From Candidatus Humimicrobiaceae bacterium (GTDB taxonomy: Bacteria; Patescibacteriota; Minisyncoccia; Minisyncoccales; DG-74-1), in NCBI GenBank assembly GCA_035530555.1, contig DATKUR010000003.1:19184-83183 (forward strand): a stretch of DNA of 64,000 nucleotides, in the 5' to 3' direction. Every line of letters starts with the position of its first letter. Position 1 is the stretch's first letter. The notes under the pieces are model-generated. The model was given only the letters and a program-made list of their open reading frames with translations. It ran no database searches and had not been told where the DNA came from. Below, one piece after another: positions 35,732 to 45,484 of the stretch. A program made the translations under genes and the position numbers.

Positions 35732-37789
35732 TCATTTCTCGGTTATATTATCAGAATTTTTCTCTTTTTTCAATTCAAAGTCGCAGTCTTTGCTAGAACA
35801 CTTAATTTGTCCCCGCTTAGTCTGAATTATAAGTGATTTGCATTTTGGGCAGATTTCGCCGGTTGGCTTATCCCACAAGGCGAAATCACATTTAGGGTAT
35901 TGGTCGCAGCCATAAAATATTTTATTTTTTTTAGTTCTTTTCTGGGTAATCTTTCCCTCTTTGCATTTTGGGCATTTTATTCCCAGGGTATTCTCTTTTA
36001 AAGATTCAGTGTAGCGGCACTTTGGGAACTTTGAGCAAGCATAAAATTTTCCATATTTACCCAGGCGAATTAAAAGATTGGCGTCACATTTTGGACATTT
36101 TTTCTTGGTGGGCTTTTCAGTAATGTCCTTTTTTGAAACTTCCTGGTATTTCTTTTGGAGATTTTCTTCAAAAGGTTGATAAAATTCTTTTATTACTGGA
36201 ACCCATTTTTTTTCACCCTCGGCGATTTTATCCAAATTTTCCTCCATCCCGGCCGTAAATTTAATATCAACAATTTCTGGAAAGTGAGCCACTAAAAGAT
36301 CGTTAACCACCGTTCCAATTTCAGTCGGACGAAATTTTCTGTTTTCATCCTTTTCAATGTAATTTTTTGCTTGAATCGTAGATAAGATCGGCGCATAAGT
36401 GGAAGGCCGGCCAATTCCATTTTCCTCCAATGCTTTAATGAGAGTAGCCTCGCTGTATCTTGGGGGCGGTTGAGTAAAATGTTGAGAAGGTATTAGTTTT
36501 ACTAATTTTAATAATTCGTCTTTTTCTAAAGATGGCAGTTCCGTTTCTTCAAATTTCATTGGAAAAACCTTTAAGAACCCGTCAAATTTTAAAATTTGGC
36601 CAGTAGCTCGAAAGATATAATCCTTAGCCGAAATATCTACAGCTGTTGAGTCGAAAACGGCTTGAGCCATTTGGCAGGCAACGAACCTCCGCCAGATTAA
36701 ATCATAAAGTTTAGATTGATTTTCATCTAATTTTGAAGCTTTTTTATCTAAATAAGTAGGCCTGATGGCCTCATGAGCCTCTTGGGCACCTTTTGTTTTA
36801 GTTCTGTATTTTCTTAAAAATCCCGCCCAATATCCCTTGCCGTGATTTTTAATAATATATTTTCTCGCGGCAAATAAAGATAAATCAGAAAGATTTAAAG
36901 AATCGGTTCGGTGATAAGTGATTAAGCCTCTCTCATAAAGGTTTTGGGCAATTTTCATCGTGAATTTGGCTGGGAATCTAAATTTTTTCCAAGCATCTTG
37001 CTGGAGAGTGGAAGTGGTAAGGGGGGGGAGAGGATTTCTTTTTAATTCTTTCTTCTCAACATTTATCACTTTATATTCTGCTCCCTTCAGGTCCTTAATA
37101 ATCTTTTCTGCTTCTTTCTCGTTCCTTATTTCTAATTTATCTAAAACCTTTTCATCTTTTTTAATCAATAATGCCTTAAACTCGCCGTTCTTCAGTTTTT
37201 TAAAGAGAGCTTCAATGGTCCAGTATTCTTGAGGGATGAATTCTTGTATTTCTCTTTCTCTTTCTACAACCAGTCTTACAACTACCGATTGAACTCTACC
37301 AGCCGATAATCCTCTGGCCACTTTTTTCCATAAAAAGGGGGATAATTTATAGCCGACAATTCTGTCCAGAATTCTCCTTGTTTGTTGAGCATCAACCAAA
37401 TTCATGTCAATTTTTCTGGGATTTTTAAAGGCCTCCTCAATTGCCGGCTTGGTAATCTCATGGAAAACAATTCTCTGGTAAGGTTTTTTACCATCTAAGT
37501 CGAGAAGATAAGCTAGATGATAGGCGATCGCCTCTCCTTCCCTATCTTCGTCGGTACCTAAAATTACCAAGCTTGCCCCTTGGGCCTCTTTTTTCAAAAG
37601 CTGAATAGTCTTTTTAGCCTTAGAAATAATAGTATAATTTGGTTTGAAATTATCTTCTACGTCAATGCCAAATTTATCTTCTGGCAAATCTCTAATATGG
37701 CCGTAAGAAGAAAGAACCCGACCTTCTTTGTTTAAAAAGCCGCTGATCGTTTTTGCTTTGGTGGGACTTTCAACAATGACTAATTTCAT
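35732..37789 (-). CDS. topA: DNA topoisomerase I
   Basis: Toprim N-terminus MKLVIVESPTKAKTI and C-terminal zinc ribbons. The stop codon abuts the tRNA-Leu 5' end. Confidence 0.93.
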   Translation of the reverse strand: MKLVIVESPTKAKTISGFLNKEGRVLSSYGHIRDLPEDKFGIDVEDNFKPNYTIISKAKKTIQLLKKEAQGASLVILGTDEDREGEAIAYHLAYLLDLDGKKPYQRIVFHEITKPAIEEAFKNPRKIDMNLVDAQQTRRILDRIVGYKLSPFLWKKVARGLSAGRVQSVVVRLVVEREREIQEFIPQEYWTIEALFKKLKNGEFKALLIKKDEKVLDKLEIRNEKEAEKIIKDLKGAEYKVINVEKKELKRNPLPPLTTSTLQQDAWKKFRFPAKFTMKIAQNLYERGLITYHRTDSLNLSDLSLFAARKYIIKNHGKGYWAGFLRKYRTKTKGAQEAHEAIRPTYLDKKASKLDENQSKLYDLIWRRFVACQMAQAVFDSTAVDISAKDYIFRATGQILKFDGFLKVFPMKFEETELPSLEKDELLKLVKLIPSQHFTQPPPRYSEATLIKALEENGIGRPSTYAPILSTIQAKNYIEKDENRKFRPTEIGTVVNDLLVAHFPEIVDIKFTAGMEENLDKIAEGEKKWVPVIKEFYQPFEENLQKKYQEVSKKDITEKPTKKKCPKCDANLLIRLGKYGKFYACSKFPKCRYTESLKENTLGIKCPKCKEGKITQKRTKKNKIFYGCDQYPKCDFALWDKPTGEICPKCKSLIIQTKRGQIKCSSKDCDFELKKEKNSDNITEK

Positions 37790-37802
37790 GAATAATTGAA
37801 AG

Positions 37803-38669
37803 TTAACGCCGTAGGGCGTAAGTATTTCCTTCTAGATTTCTTATTTTCCCTTTTATTTCTAAGATGACTAGACAGCTAATCGTTTTAGCCGCCGATAATT
37901 TTGTTTTCTCAATAATTTCGTCAATCTCCAAAACTTCTTCTTTCAGGACGTTTAAGATTAAATTTTCTTCTTTGGCGACTTCTCCTGTTATGCCATCGGG
38001 ACGTCTGATTTCGGCTAGATTTAATTCTCTTAGAATGTCGTTGGCGTTTTCAGCTAATTTAGCGCCCTCCTTGATTAAGTAATGACAACCTTTTGAATTT
38101 GAAGAATAAATTGGGCCGGGAATGGCAAAAACTCTTCTTTTGTATTTTTTCGCCCATTCGGCAGTAATCAAAGCTCCTGATTTTGCTTTAGCTTCGATTA
38201 CTAAGACCCCCAGAGACATGCCAGCAACTATTCTATTTCTTTGAGGGAAAGTAAATTGAGTACCGCGAGTTCCCGGTGGGTATTCAGAAATGAGACAACC
38301 GCCTGTTTCAATAATTTTTTTAGCCAATTTCAAATTTGATTGAGGATAGATTGATTCTTCATCAAGCCCGGTACCTAAAACGGCGACTGTTCTTTTGTTT
38401 CTTTCTACGACTGCTTGGTGGGCAAATGTGTCGATTCCTGGAGCTAACCCTGAAACAATAGTTAAGCCGGCATCTGTTAAGTCTCCGGCGATTTCTAAAA
38501 CCACCTGTTTCCCGTAAGGAGAAGATATTCTCGTTCCAACGATAGCAAAGCAGCTTTCTTCTGGCAGAATTCCTCCTTTATAATAAAGAACCTCCGGCGC
38601 ATTCTTAATTTCTCTCAAGAGTTTCGGATAATTTTTATCCTGAACAGAAATTTCTTTTATCTCATTCAT
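37803..38669 (-). CDS. dprA: DNA processing protein DprA/Smf
   Basis: AIVGTRISSPYGKQV...GLAPGIDTFAH. Confidence 0.9.
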   Translation of the reverse strand: MNEIKEISVQDKNYPKLLREIKNAPEVLYYKGGILPEESCFAIVGTRISSPYGKQVVLEIAGDLTDAGLTIVSGLAPGIDTFAHQAVVERNKRTVAVLGTGLDEESIYPQSNLKLAKKIIETGGCLISEYPPGTRGTQFTFPQRNRIVAGMSLGVLVIEAKAKSGALITAEWAKKYKRRVFAIPGPIYSSNSKGCHYLIKEGAKLAENANDILRELNLAEIRRPDGITGEVAKEENLILNVLKEEVLEIDEIIEKTKLSAAKTISCLVILEIKGKIRNLEGNTYALRR

Positions 38670-38791
38670 AATTATTCAACTATACCACTAATTTTTAAAA
38701 AATTGAAAAGGTTGACTTTTTTGGTTAATTATTTTATTTTCTAACTGGAGGGATTTGTTCTCTCTAAAACTGAATAAAGGAGGAGAAAAAG

Positions 38792-38974
38792 ATGAAATGG
38801 GGGTATAAGATAATAAGAAGCGAAGAAATTGATTTTCAGGTGGACCTGGATAAGGAAAAACTAGAAAAATTTCTCAATCAATTAGGGAAAAAAGGTTGGG
38901 AATTAATTTCTATCAGGGGCGGTACCACAAATGAACCTGTGGTTGAATATATGTTTAAAAAACAGAAAGGTTGA
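38792..38974 (+). CDS. DUF4177-like small protein
   Basis: MKWGYKIIRSEE...KKGWELISI. Confidence 0.55.
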   Translation: MKWGYKIIRSEEIDFQVDLDKEKLEKFLNQLGKKGWELISIRGGTTNEPVVEYMFKKQKG

Positions 38975-39010
38975 GTATTTTTGAAGCGGAAATAGGGGGG
39001 CGTGCATATT

Positions 39011-40999
39011 TTAAGTGCACGTCCTCTTTATTTTTTCAATTGTTTCACTTAGTATTTGACAATACAAATTTAACCCCACCTTGTTTATATTTCCGGATTG
39101 TTCCTTGCCTAAAATATTGCCAGCTCCCCTGATTTCTAAATCTTTTAAAGCAATTTTATAGCCGGAGCCAAGTTCCTCGGCTTCTTTTAAGGCATCCAGC
39201 CGCATTTTAGCCTTTTCAGACAAATGGCTTCCGTACAAAAAATAGGCAAGAGCTTGAATATGGCTTCTACCAATTCTCCCTCTGATTTGGTAAGCTTCAG
39301 CTAAACCCAAACGAGCGCTATCAGCTACGATTAAGGTATTAACATTTGGCAAATCCAAGCCATTTTCAATAATAGTAGTGGCGATTAAAACGTCTATTTG
39401 TTTGTTCTGAAAACCTGTCATTGTTTTTATTAATTCTCTTTCTTTTAGTCTTCCATGGACAATACCAAACCTAGCTGTAGGGACTAAGTTCTCTAAGAAA
39501 TTCTTTACCGCCTTAATTGTTTCTACTCGATTATGTAAATAATATACTTGCCCTTTTCTTTTTAATTCAGTTTCAATTGCTTCTTTAATTATTTTTTCAG
39601 AAAAAGGCAGAATAAAAGTTTTAACCGGCAATCTTCCGGCTGGCGGAGTTTGAATTAGGCTAATATTTTTTAAAGAGGAGAGAGCTAAGTAAAGAGTTCT
39701 TGGAATAGGCGTGGCCGAAAGCGATAAAACATCAAGGGAGGTCCGTATTTTCTTTAATTTTTCTTTTTGTTTAACGCCAAATCGTTGTTCGTCATCAATA
39801 ATTAATAATCCTAAATTTTTGAATATAACATCGGAAGATAAAATCCGATGAGTACCAATAACAATATCTATTTTTCCCATTTTCAAATCTTCGACTAATC
39901 CTCTTTGCTCCTTTTTCGATTGCAAGCGAGAGAGTAAAGTAATTTTAATTGGGAGGCCCTCTAGTCTTTCTTTAAAATTTTGAAAATGCTGGTTAGCTAA
40001 AATAGTAGTCGGGCAAATCATGGTCACCTGATAACCAGAATTAACGGCTTTGATTATGGTTCTTAAAGCTATTTCAGTTTTTCCAAAACCAACGTCGCCG
40101 CAAACAATTCTATCCATTGGTTCACTTTTTTCTAAATCATTCTTTATATCTTCCATTGTTTGAGTTTGGTCTGGCGTTTCTTCATAAGGGAAGGTACTGG
40201 CTAATTGGCTTTCAATTTCCTTACCTATTTCGTATGGCGGGCGAATGCTCAGTTCTCTCTTGGCGTATATTTCCAGAAGCTCTCTGGCTAATTTTTCCGC
40301 TTCTTTTTTAACCCTTCTTTTAGTTTTTTGCCAGATTTGGCTACCTAGCCTTGAGATTTTTGGCTCAACAAAACCGATATACCGAGATAATTTTCTTTCA
40401 AGGCCAAATGGGACATATAATTTATCGCCAGCAGCGTATTTTAATATGTAATAATTCATATCTGTGCCATTATAAATTCCGACGCCATGGTCCAAATGAA
40501 CTAAATAATCTCCTGCTCTCAATCCTTTCAGGTCAGAAAATAATTTTTGGGACTTCGATTTCTTTTTTAAAAATTCTTTGGCTTTTTCTATGTTTTCTAT
40601 TTTTATATCAAGTAATTCAATGTTTTCGATTTTGTTTCCAAAAAATTCAAAACGAACAGCCGAATTCAGGCCTGCCCCGTAGTGAGACGAATTTTCTACT
40701 ACGGGGTTAACCGGGAAAACGTCGATAATTCCTCCTCGCTGGGAAAATTCTCCGGGTTCTGAAACCTGCCAAACTTTCTCGTATCCCATTTCATCCAGTT
40801 TTCTTGAAAGCTGAGAAAGGTTGTAATTTTGATCTTTGGTTAAATAGATAGTGTTATCTGCGAAAAAGGATTGAGCTTTAGGAGCCTCCAAAATCTTATT
40901 TAAATTTTGGCGGAACCAAAAATTCCCCTTTTCCAAAAAGTAGGGGGTGACACTAACTATCAGCGCGTTACTCAGTTCGCCATCCCTTGACAATTTCAT
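39011..40999 (-). CDS. mfd: transcription-repair coupling factor Mfd, short form
   Basis: RNAP-interacting domain LRAGDYLVHLDHGVGIYNG and SF2 helicase motifs LLIIDDEQRFGV. It lacks the N-terminal UvrB-homology domains and the C-terminal D7. Confidence 0.8.
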   Translation of the reverse strand: MKLSRDGELSNALIVSVTPYFLEKGNFWFRQNLNKILEAPKAQSFFADNTIYLTKDQNYNLSQLSRKLDEMGYEKVWQVSEPGEFSQRGGIIDVFPVNPVVENSSHYGAGLNSAVRFEFFGNKIENIELLDIKIENIEKAKEFLKKKSKSQKLFSDLKGLRAGDYLVHLDHGVGIYNGTDMNYYILKYAAGDKLYVPFGLERKLSRYIGFVEPKISRLGSQIWQKTKRRVKKEAEKLARELLEIYAKRELSIRPPYEIGKEIESQLASTFPYEETPDQTQTMEDIKNDLEKSEPMDRIVCGDVGFGKTEIALRTIIKAVNSGYQVTMICPTTILANQHFQNFKERLEGLPIKITLLSRLQSKKEQRGLVEDLKMGKIDIVIGTHRILSSDVIFKNLGLLIIDDEQRFGVKQKEKLKKIRTSLDVLSLSATPIPRTLYLALSSLKNISLIQTPPAGRLPVKTFILPFSEKIIKEAIETELKRKGQVYYLHNRVETIKAVKNFLENLVPTARFGIVHGRLKERELIKTMTGFQNKQIDVLIATTIIENGLDLPNVNTLIVADSARLGLAEAYQIRGRIGRSHIQALAYFLYGSHLSEKAKMRLDALKEAEELGSGYKIALKDLEIRGAGNILGKEQSGNINKVGLNLYCQILSETIEKIKRTCT

Positions 41000-41242
41000 T
41001 TATATTGTATATAATAAAATATTCTGGAAGATACAGGAATGATTTTAAAAGAAATTGCCTTCCGGCTTGCCTGCGAGGAGCTGCCTCCGTTTAGATAAAT
41101 TTTTTTATCTAAATCGGTGAAGGAATAGGAATCCCTCCTTAACCTATTGTAGCTCAAAATCTTAGAGTTTTCTACGTTTTCGTAGCAGAACCCTAAGGGC
41201 TTGCAGGCAGACCAGAGGGCAAAATAAAAAAGGAGGAAAACA

Positions 41243-41365
41243 TTGCTTAATTTCTTGGAAACATTCTGGACGATAGTCTACTGGATTTTGATTATTTTTT
41301 CCCTTTCTTTTCTTTTGGCAATTCTAGAGCTCGAGTCTGAGCGACAAAGGCGCAGGAAAGAATAG
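41243..41365 (+). CDS. possible 40-aa small membrane peptide (TTG start)
   Basis: A strong SD sequence AAGGAGG lies 7 nt upstream of the TTG. The predicted peptide is LLNFLETFWTIVYWILIIFSLSFLLAILELESERQRRRKE. Confidence 0.2.
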   Translation: MLNFLETFWTIVYWILIIFSLSFLLAILELESERQRRRKE

Positions 41366-41455
41366 GAAGAATATCAAGAATCATGGCGGCGTCGTCACCA
41401 TCACAACGATCCACCTTCCTAAGCCCAGCGTTGCCGTCGGTAGCGCTGGGATTCC

Positions 41456-41962
41456 TTATTTATTGAACTTATTCATTGTTATTTCCAGGTCTTCTTTTAA
41501 ACAACACTTGATCGCCTCGGTGGTTTTTTTTATTATTTCTTTGATAATCTTTTCTTCTTCTTTATGAAATTTTTGAAGAACGAATTTTTCCGGATTTTTG
41601 GGTTTGCCGGTTTTAGGACAAACCCCAATTCTGAATCTAATAAAATTTTTTGTTTTCAGCTTTTCGATTATTGACTCGACTCCTTTGTGACCGGCCGCTC
41701 CCCGATTTTTAACAATACGAATTTTCCCTATTGGCAGATCGATATCATCGTGAATAACGATTAAGTTATCAGGCTTTAAGCGATAAGCTCTTAATAAATT
41801 TTTAACTGCTTTGCCAGATTCGTTCATAAAATTTGTTGGCTTCGCTAAGACAACATTTTCTAAACTTAAAAACTCCAGCTCATTAATTGCTCTTGAGCCA
41901 GCGTTGTGACGAGTTTTTTGGTATTTTTTCCCGGGATTACCGAGACCAATAATCAACTTCAT
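41456..41962 (-). CDS. pth: peptidyl-tRNA hydrolase
   Basis: MKLIIGLGNPGKKYQKTRHNAGS. Confidence 0.93.
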   Translation of the reverse strand: MKLIIGLGNPGKKYQKTRHNAGSRAINELEFLSLENVVLAKPTNFMNESGKAVKNLLRAYRLKPDNLIVIHDDIDLPIGKIRIVKNRGAAGHKGVESIIEKLKTKNFIRFRIGVCPKTGKPKNPEKFVLQKFHKEEEKIIKEIIKKTTEAIKCCLKEDLEITMNKFNK

Positions 41963-42013
41963 TAGAACATTATAACTTGATTTTAAAAAGATAAATAGTA
42001 TAATGATTAAAGC

Positions 42014-42559
42014 GTGAAAAACTTCTTATCCTTTATCTGGGAAATCGCCAAAATTGTCATTATAGCCTTGATTATAGTGGTGCCTATCAGAACTTTTTTG
42101 TTTCAGCCGTTTTTTGTTCGGGGCGAGTCAATGATACCCGCTTTTGAAAATGGCGACTATTTGATTATTGACGAGATTTCTTATAGGTTTCAGGATCCCC
42201 AAAGAGGAGAGGTGATAGTTTTTAGATATCCTCATGATCCTTCCCAGAGATATATTAAAAGAATTATTGGTCTTCCCGGAGAGACAGTGGAAGTTAAAGA
42301 GGGCAGAGTAGCGATTTCTAACCAAGAAGAATTCTTTGTTTTAGACGAGTCAGGTTATCTTCCGTCAGACGTTTCTACCCCGGGCGAAATGCTAATTTCC
42401 TTGGCTGAAGATGAGTATTTTGTTTTAGGAGATAATAGGCGCGCCTCGGCCGACTCCAGGCGTTGGGGGTCCTTAAGCAGAGAAAATATCATTGGCACAG
42501 TTTTACTGAGGGCTTGGCCTTTTACGGCCTTGGCTAAAATTGAAGCCCCAGAATATTAA
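42014..42559 (+). CDS. lepB: signal peptidase I
   Basis: RGESMIPAFENGDYLII...GLPGE. Confidence 0.9.
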   Translation: MKNFLSFIWEIAKIVIIALIIVVPIRTFLFQPFFVRGESMIPAFENGDYLIIDEISYRFQDPQRGEVIVFRYPHDPSQRYIKRIIGLPGETVEVKEGRVAISNQEEFFVLDESGYLPSDVSTPGEMLISLAEDEYFVLGDNRRASADSRRWGSLSRENIIGTVLLRAWPFTALAKIEAPEY

Positions 42560-42560
42560 A

Positions 42561-43844
42561 ATGGCTAAAAAACCAAAATTTCAGACACCGACCGGGATGC
42601 ATGACATTTTACCTGAAGATCAGAGGTATTTTCAAAAAATTCAGAGCATCTGTGAAGATATTGCCAATTTTTATGGATTTCAAAAGATAGAAACGCCAAT
42701 TCTAGAAGAAGCCGAGCTTTTCTCCCGGGGATTGGGTTTGGCTACTGATGTTGTTCAAAAGCAAATGTTTTCTTTTCGAACTAAAGGAGGAGATTATTTA
42801 ACACTGAGACCCGAGCAGACTGCCTCAATAGCCAGGGCTTATATTGAACAGGGGATGCAAAACCTTCCTCAGCCAGTCAAATTTTGGCATCTCGGCCCCT
42901 TTTTCCGTTATGAACATCCTCAGTCCGGCCGTTTTCGTCAGTTCTGGCAATTTGGCTTTGAAGTCTTAGGCGAAGAAAATTCAGTTCTCGATGCCCAAAT
43001 TATCCAAATTTTTTATAATATTCTGAGAGAACTGAAATTAAAGAATTTAATTATCGAAGTGAATAGTATCGGTGATAGTCAGTGCCGACCCTACTATAAA
43101 AAACTTTTGGCCAGCTATTTTAAGTCACGGGAAGCATCTCTTTGCTTAGATTGTCGGAGGAGGTTGAGAGAAAATCCGTTAAGGATTTTAGACTGCAAGG
43201 AAGAAAAATGCCAGCCAGTCAAGGCTCAGGCTCCTCAGATATTAGATCATCTTTGTGAAAATTGCCACGGACATTTTAGAGAGGTTTTAGAATTTTTGGA
43301 TGAGCTAGAATTACCCTATCATTTAAATCCTTACTTGGTCAGAGGATTGGATTACTACACCAAAACTGTTTTTGAAATAATAGAGGACTCTACAGAGAGT
43401 AGAACTTTAGGCGCTTTGGCTGGCGGAGGAAGATATGATACTTTAGTAAAGATTTTGGGCGGCAAAGAAACGCCAGCTGTTGGGGGAGCAGGCGGGATGG
43501 AGAGAATAATCAACTTGATAAAAACTAAAGCCGTTAGGCTTCCTAAGGAAAGAAAAGTTGAAGTTTTTTTAACTCAATTGGGAGATTTGGCCAAGAGGAA
43601 AAGCTTGAAACTAATTGAGAGCTTTCGGGAAGCCAAGATTTTAGTCGGGGAATCGCTTGGCCGTGATTCTCTTAAGGCTCAGCTGAAAATGGCTGATAGG
43701 GCTGGAGCGAGATATTCCTTAATTTTAGGCCAAAAAGAAGCCCTGGAAGAAACGATTATTATTAAAGATATGGTTAGCGGCAGGCAAGAAACAGTAAAAT
43801 TAGATAAAGTGGTAAGGGAAATAGGTAAAAGATTGAAGAAATAA
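42561..43844 (+). CDS. hisS: histidyl-tRNA synthetase
   Basis: PTGMHDILPEDQRYFQKIQ..., class II motifs. The ATG at 42561 is chosen; the ORF extends to a TTG at 42540. Confidence 0.92.
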   Translation: MAKKPKFQTPTGMHDILPEDQRYFQKIQSICEDIANFYGFQKIETPILEEAELFSRGLGLATDVVQKQMFSFRTKGGDYLTLRPEQTASIARAYIEQGMQNLPQPVKFWHLGPFFRYEHPQSGRFRQFWQFGFEVLGEENSVLDAQIIQIFYNILRELKLKNLIIEVNSIGDSQCRPYYKKLLASYFKSREASLCLDCRRRLRENPLRILDCKEEKCQPVKAQAPQILDHLCENCHGHFREVLEFLDELELPYHLNPYLVRGLDYYTKTVFEIIEDSTESRTLGALAGGGRYDTLVKILGGKETPAVGGAGGMERIINLIKTKAVRLPKERKVEVFLTQLGDLAKRKSLKLIESFREAKILVGESLGRDSLKAQLKMADRAGARYSLILGQKEALEETIIIKDMVSGRQETVKLDKVVREIGKRLKK

Positions 43845-43867
43845 TGTTCGAAGAAGCTGCCGTTCCT

Positions 43868-43935
43868 TCTCTCGCTGAGGCTTAGGCAAAGTACGAGATA
43901 AGGTAATATCTTCAGCGAGCGCCTCGTTGCGAGGC
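43868..43935 (+). other. long imperfect hairpin plus a short GC hairpin between hisS and the HIT gene
   Basis: CTCGCTGAGG pairs with CTTCAGCGAG across a 30-nt loop, followed by GCCTCGTTGCGAGGC. Confidence 0.4.
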
Positions 43936-43945
43936 AACCCGGCTT

Positions 43946-44281
43946 ATGAAATGTATTTTTTGTAAAATTATCAACAAAGAAGTACCGTCAGAGATCGTTT
44001 ATCAAGACGAGAAAATTTTGGCCTTTAAAGACGCTGAACCAAAGGCACCTGTCCACATTTTAATTATTCCCAAGAAACATATTTCCTCGGTAGATTGCTT
44101 AAAAAAGAAGGACAGAGAGTTAATAGGAGAATTATATTTAGTTGCTCGAAGACTGGCCAGTGAATATAAAATTAGCGGAACTGGCTATCGACTGATTTTC
44201 AATGTCGGCAAAGATGCCGGTCAAACCGTCGACCATTTACACCTGCACTTGTTAGGTGGTAAGAAATTACTATGGGCATAG
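43946..44281 (+). CDS. HIT-family (histidine triad) protein
   Basis: HLHLHLLGG triad. Confidence 0.9.
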   Translation: MKCIFCKIINKEVPSEIVYQDEKILAFKDAEPKAPVHILIIPKKHISSVDCLKKKDRELIGELYLVARRLASEYKISGTGYRLIFNVGKDAGQTVDHLHLHLLGGKKLLWA

Positions 44282-44493
44282 AAGTTAAAAAACAAGAGAG
44301 GGAAAGCTCCCAAAATTTAATTCGCCGTTTCACTAGAAGTATTCAACGAAGCGGGATTTTGCTTCGGGCGAGAAAAACACAGTTCAAAAAAAGGGAAAAG
44401 TCTGAACAGATGAAGAAAAGAGCCGCCCTGAGAAGAGAAGAAAAGAAGAAAGAGTATGAGGAATTGAAAAAACTAGGCAAGACAGATCGATGA
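44272..44493 (+). CDS. rpsU: 30S ribosomal protein S21
   Basis: VKKQERESSQNLIRRFTRSIQRSGILLRARKTQFKKREK. Confidence 0.8.
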   Translation: MGIEVKKQERESSQNLIRRFTRSIQRSGILLRARKTQFKKREKSEQMKKRAALRREEKKKEYEELKKLGKTDR

Positions 44494-44558
44494 AATTTGC
44501 CTCCTTCGGAGCTTGCCTTCATTTCCCACTCTTCGCTTCGCTCGAGTGAATAATTAAA

Positions 44559-44882
44559 ATGTTAAAGGAAAAAATCCAAGATGATTTAAGATTAGCCTTG
44601 AAGGAAAAAAGAGAAATTAGGCTCTCGGTTTTAAGAATGCTTTTGGCGGCAATTTCCAATAGAGAGATTGACAAAAGAACCAGGATTTGGAAAGAAAAAC
44701 CGGAGTTATCGACTGAAGAATTGAAAAAAGAGAGCCAGCTGACCGATGAAGAGATAACCAAGGTTGTTTCTTCGGAAATCAAGAAAAGAAAGGAGGCATT
44801 ATCATTGTTTGAGAAGGGTAATAGAGAAGACTTGATAAAAAAAGAAAAAGCAGAAATGGAAGTTTTAGAAGAATATTTATGA
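44559..44882 (+). CDS. yqeY: GatB/YqeY domain protein
   Basis: LKEKIQDDLRLALKEKREIRLSVLRMLLAAISNREIDK. Confidence 0.85.
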   Translation: MLKEKIQDDLRLALKEKREIRLSVLRMLLAAISNREIDKRTRIWKEKPELSTEELKKESQLTDEEITKVVSSEIKKRKEALSLFEKGNREDLIKKEKAEMEVLEEYL

Positions 44883-45382
44883 TGAAAAATCTGCGTCCTT
44901 TTCTCGCTGACTGTTGTAATAGTAAGTTAAAACGGAAAAATAAAAAGAATGCCCCCTTATCTACTTCGGTTAAAGGCCCAGCGATCGAGATCAATAATCT
45001 AACTGCTATCAGGGTCAAAGAAGAGTTTTTAAGGAAAATTGTTAAAATTGTTTTTAAAAAAGAAAAACAAAAAGAGAAAAAATTGTCAATTGCCTTGGTT
45101 GGACAAAAAAAGATAAGAGAGTTAAATAAAAAGTATCGGAGGGAAAACCGGGCAACCGACGTTTTGGCCTTTTCGGGAAATGGTTTAGAAGAAATAGTGC
45201 TGTGCCCTTGGAAAGTTGAGAGAAACGCCGAAAGATTTGAATCTACTTTTAAAAAAGAATTAACCCGAGTTTTGATCCATGGGATTTTGCATCTTTTAGG
45301 ATACGACCATGAGAAAAATATTACAGGGGCGAAGAAAATGAGTAAGAAAGAAAAATATTACCTATCTCATTTAAAATTTTAA
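44879..45382 (+). CDS. ybeY: rRNA maturation RNase YbeY
   Basis: HGILHLLGYDHE. The N-terminal ~25 aa may be an over-extension. Confidence 0.85.
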   Translation: MMKNLRPFLADCCNSKLKRKNKKNAPLSTSVKGPAIEINNLTAIRVKEEFLRKIVKIVFKKEKQKEKKLSIALVGQKKIRELNKKYRRENRATDVLAFSGNGLEEIVLCPWKVERNAERFESTFKKELTRVLIHGILHLLGYDHEKNITGAKKMSKKEKYYLSHLKF

Positions 45383-45484
45383 AATTCAAAAGCCGAGCTT
45401 TCGAAAGAAGCAGAGGCTAGAGAAGAAGGCGAAGCCATCTTCGAAAATCATTCTTAAATTTATTATTTAAAATTTGAAATTATT

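Noticed and set aside
35555-35836. 93-aa plus-strand ORF
   Set aside because: It overlaps the minus-strand tRNA-Leu(CAA) and the topA 3' end, and its translation is low-complexity. It is a spurious ORF.
41000-41455. RNase P RNA or SRP RNA in the long pth-mfd gap
   Set aside because: The conserved P4 motifs (AGGAAAGUCCGG / ACAGAACCCGGCUUA) and the SRP domain-IV GGAA...AGCAGCC are not found on either strand. Only a partial CAGAACCC is present, so no call was made.
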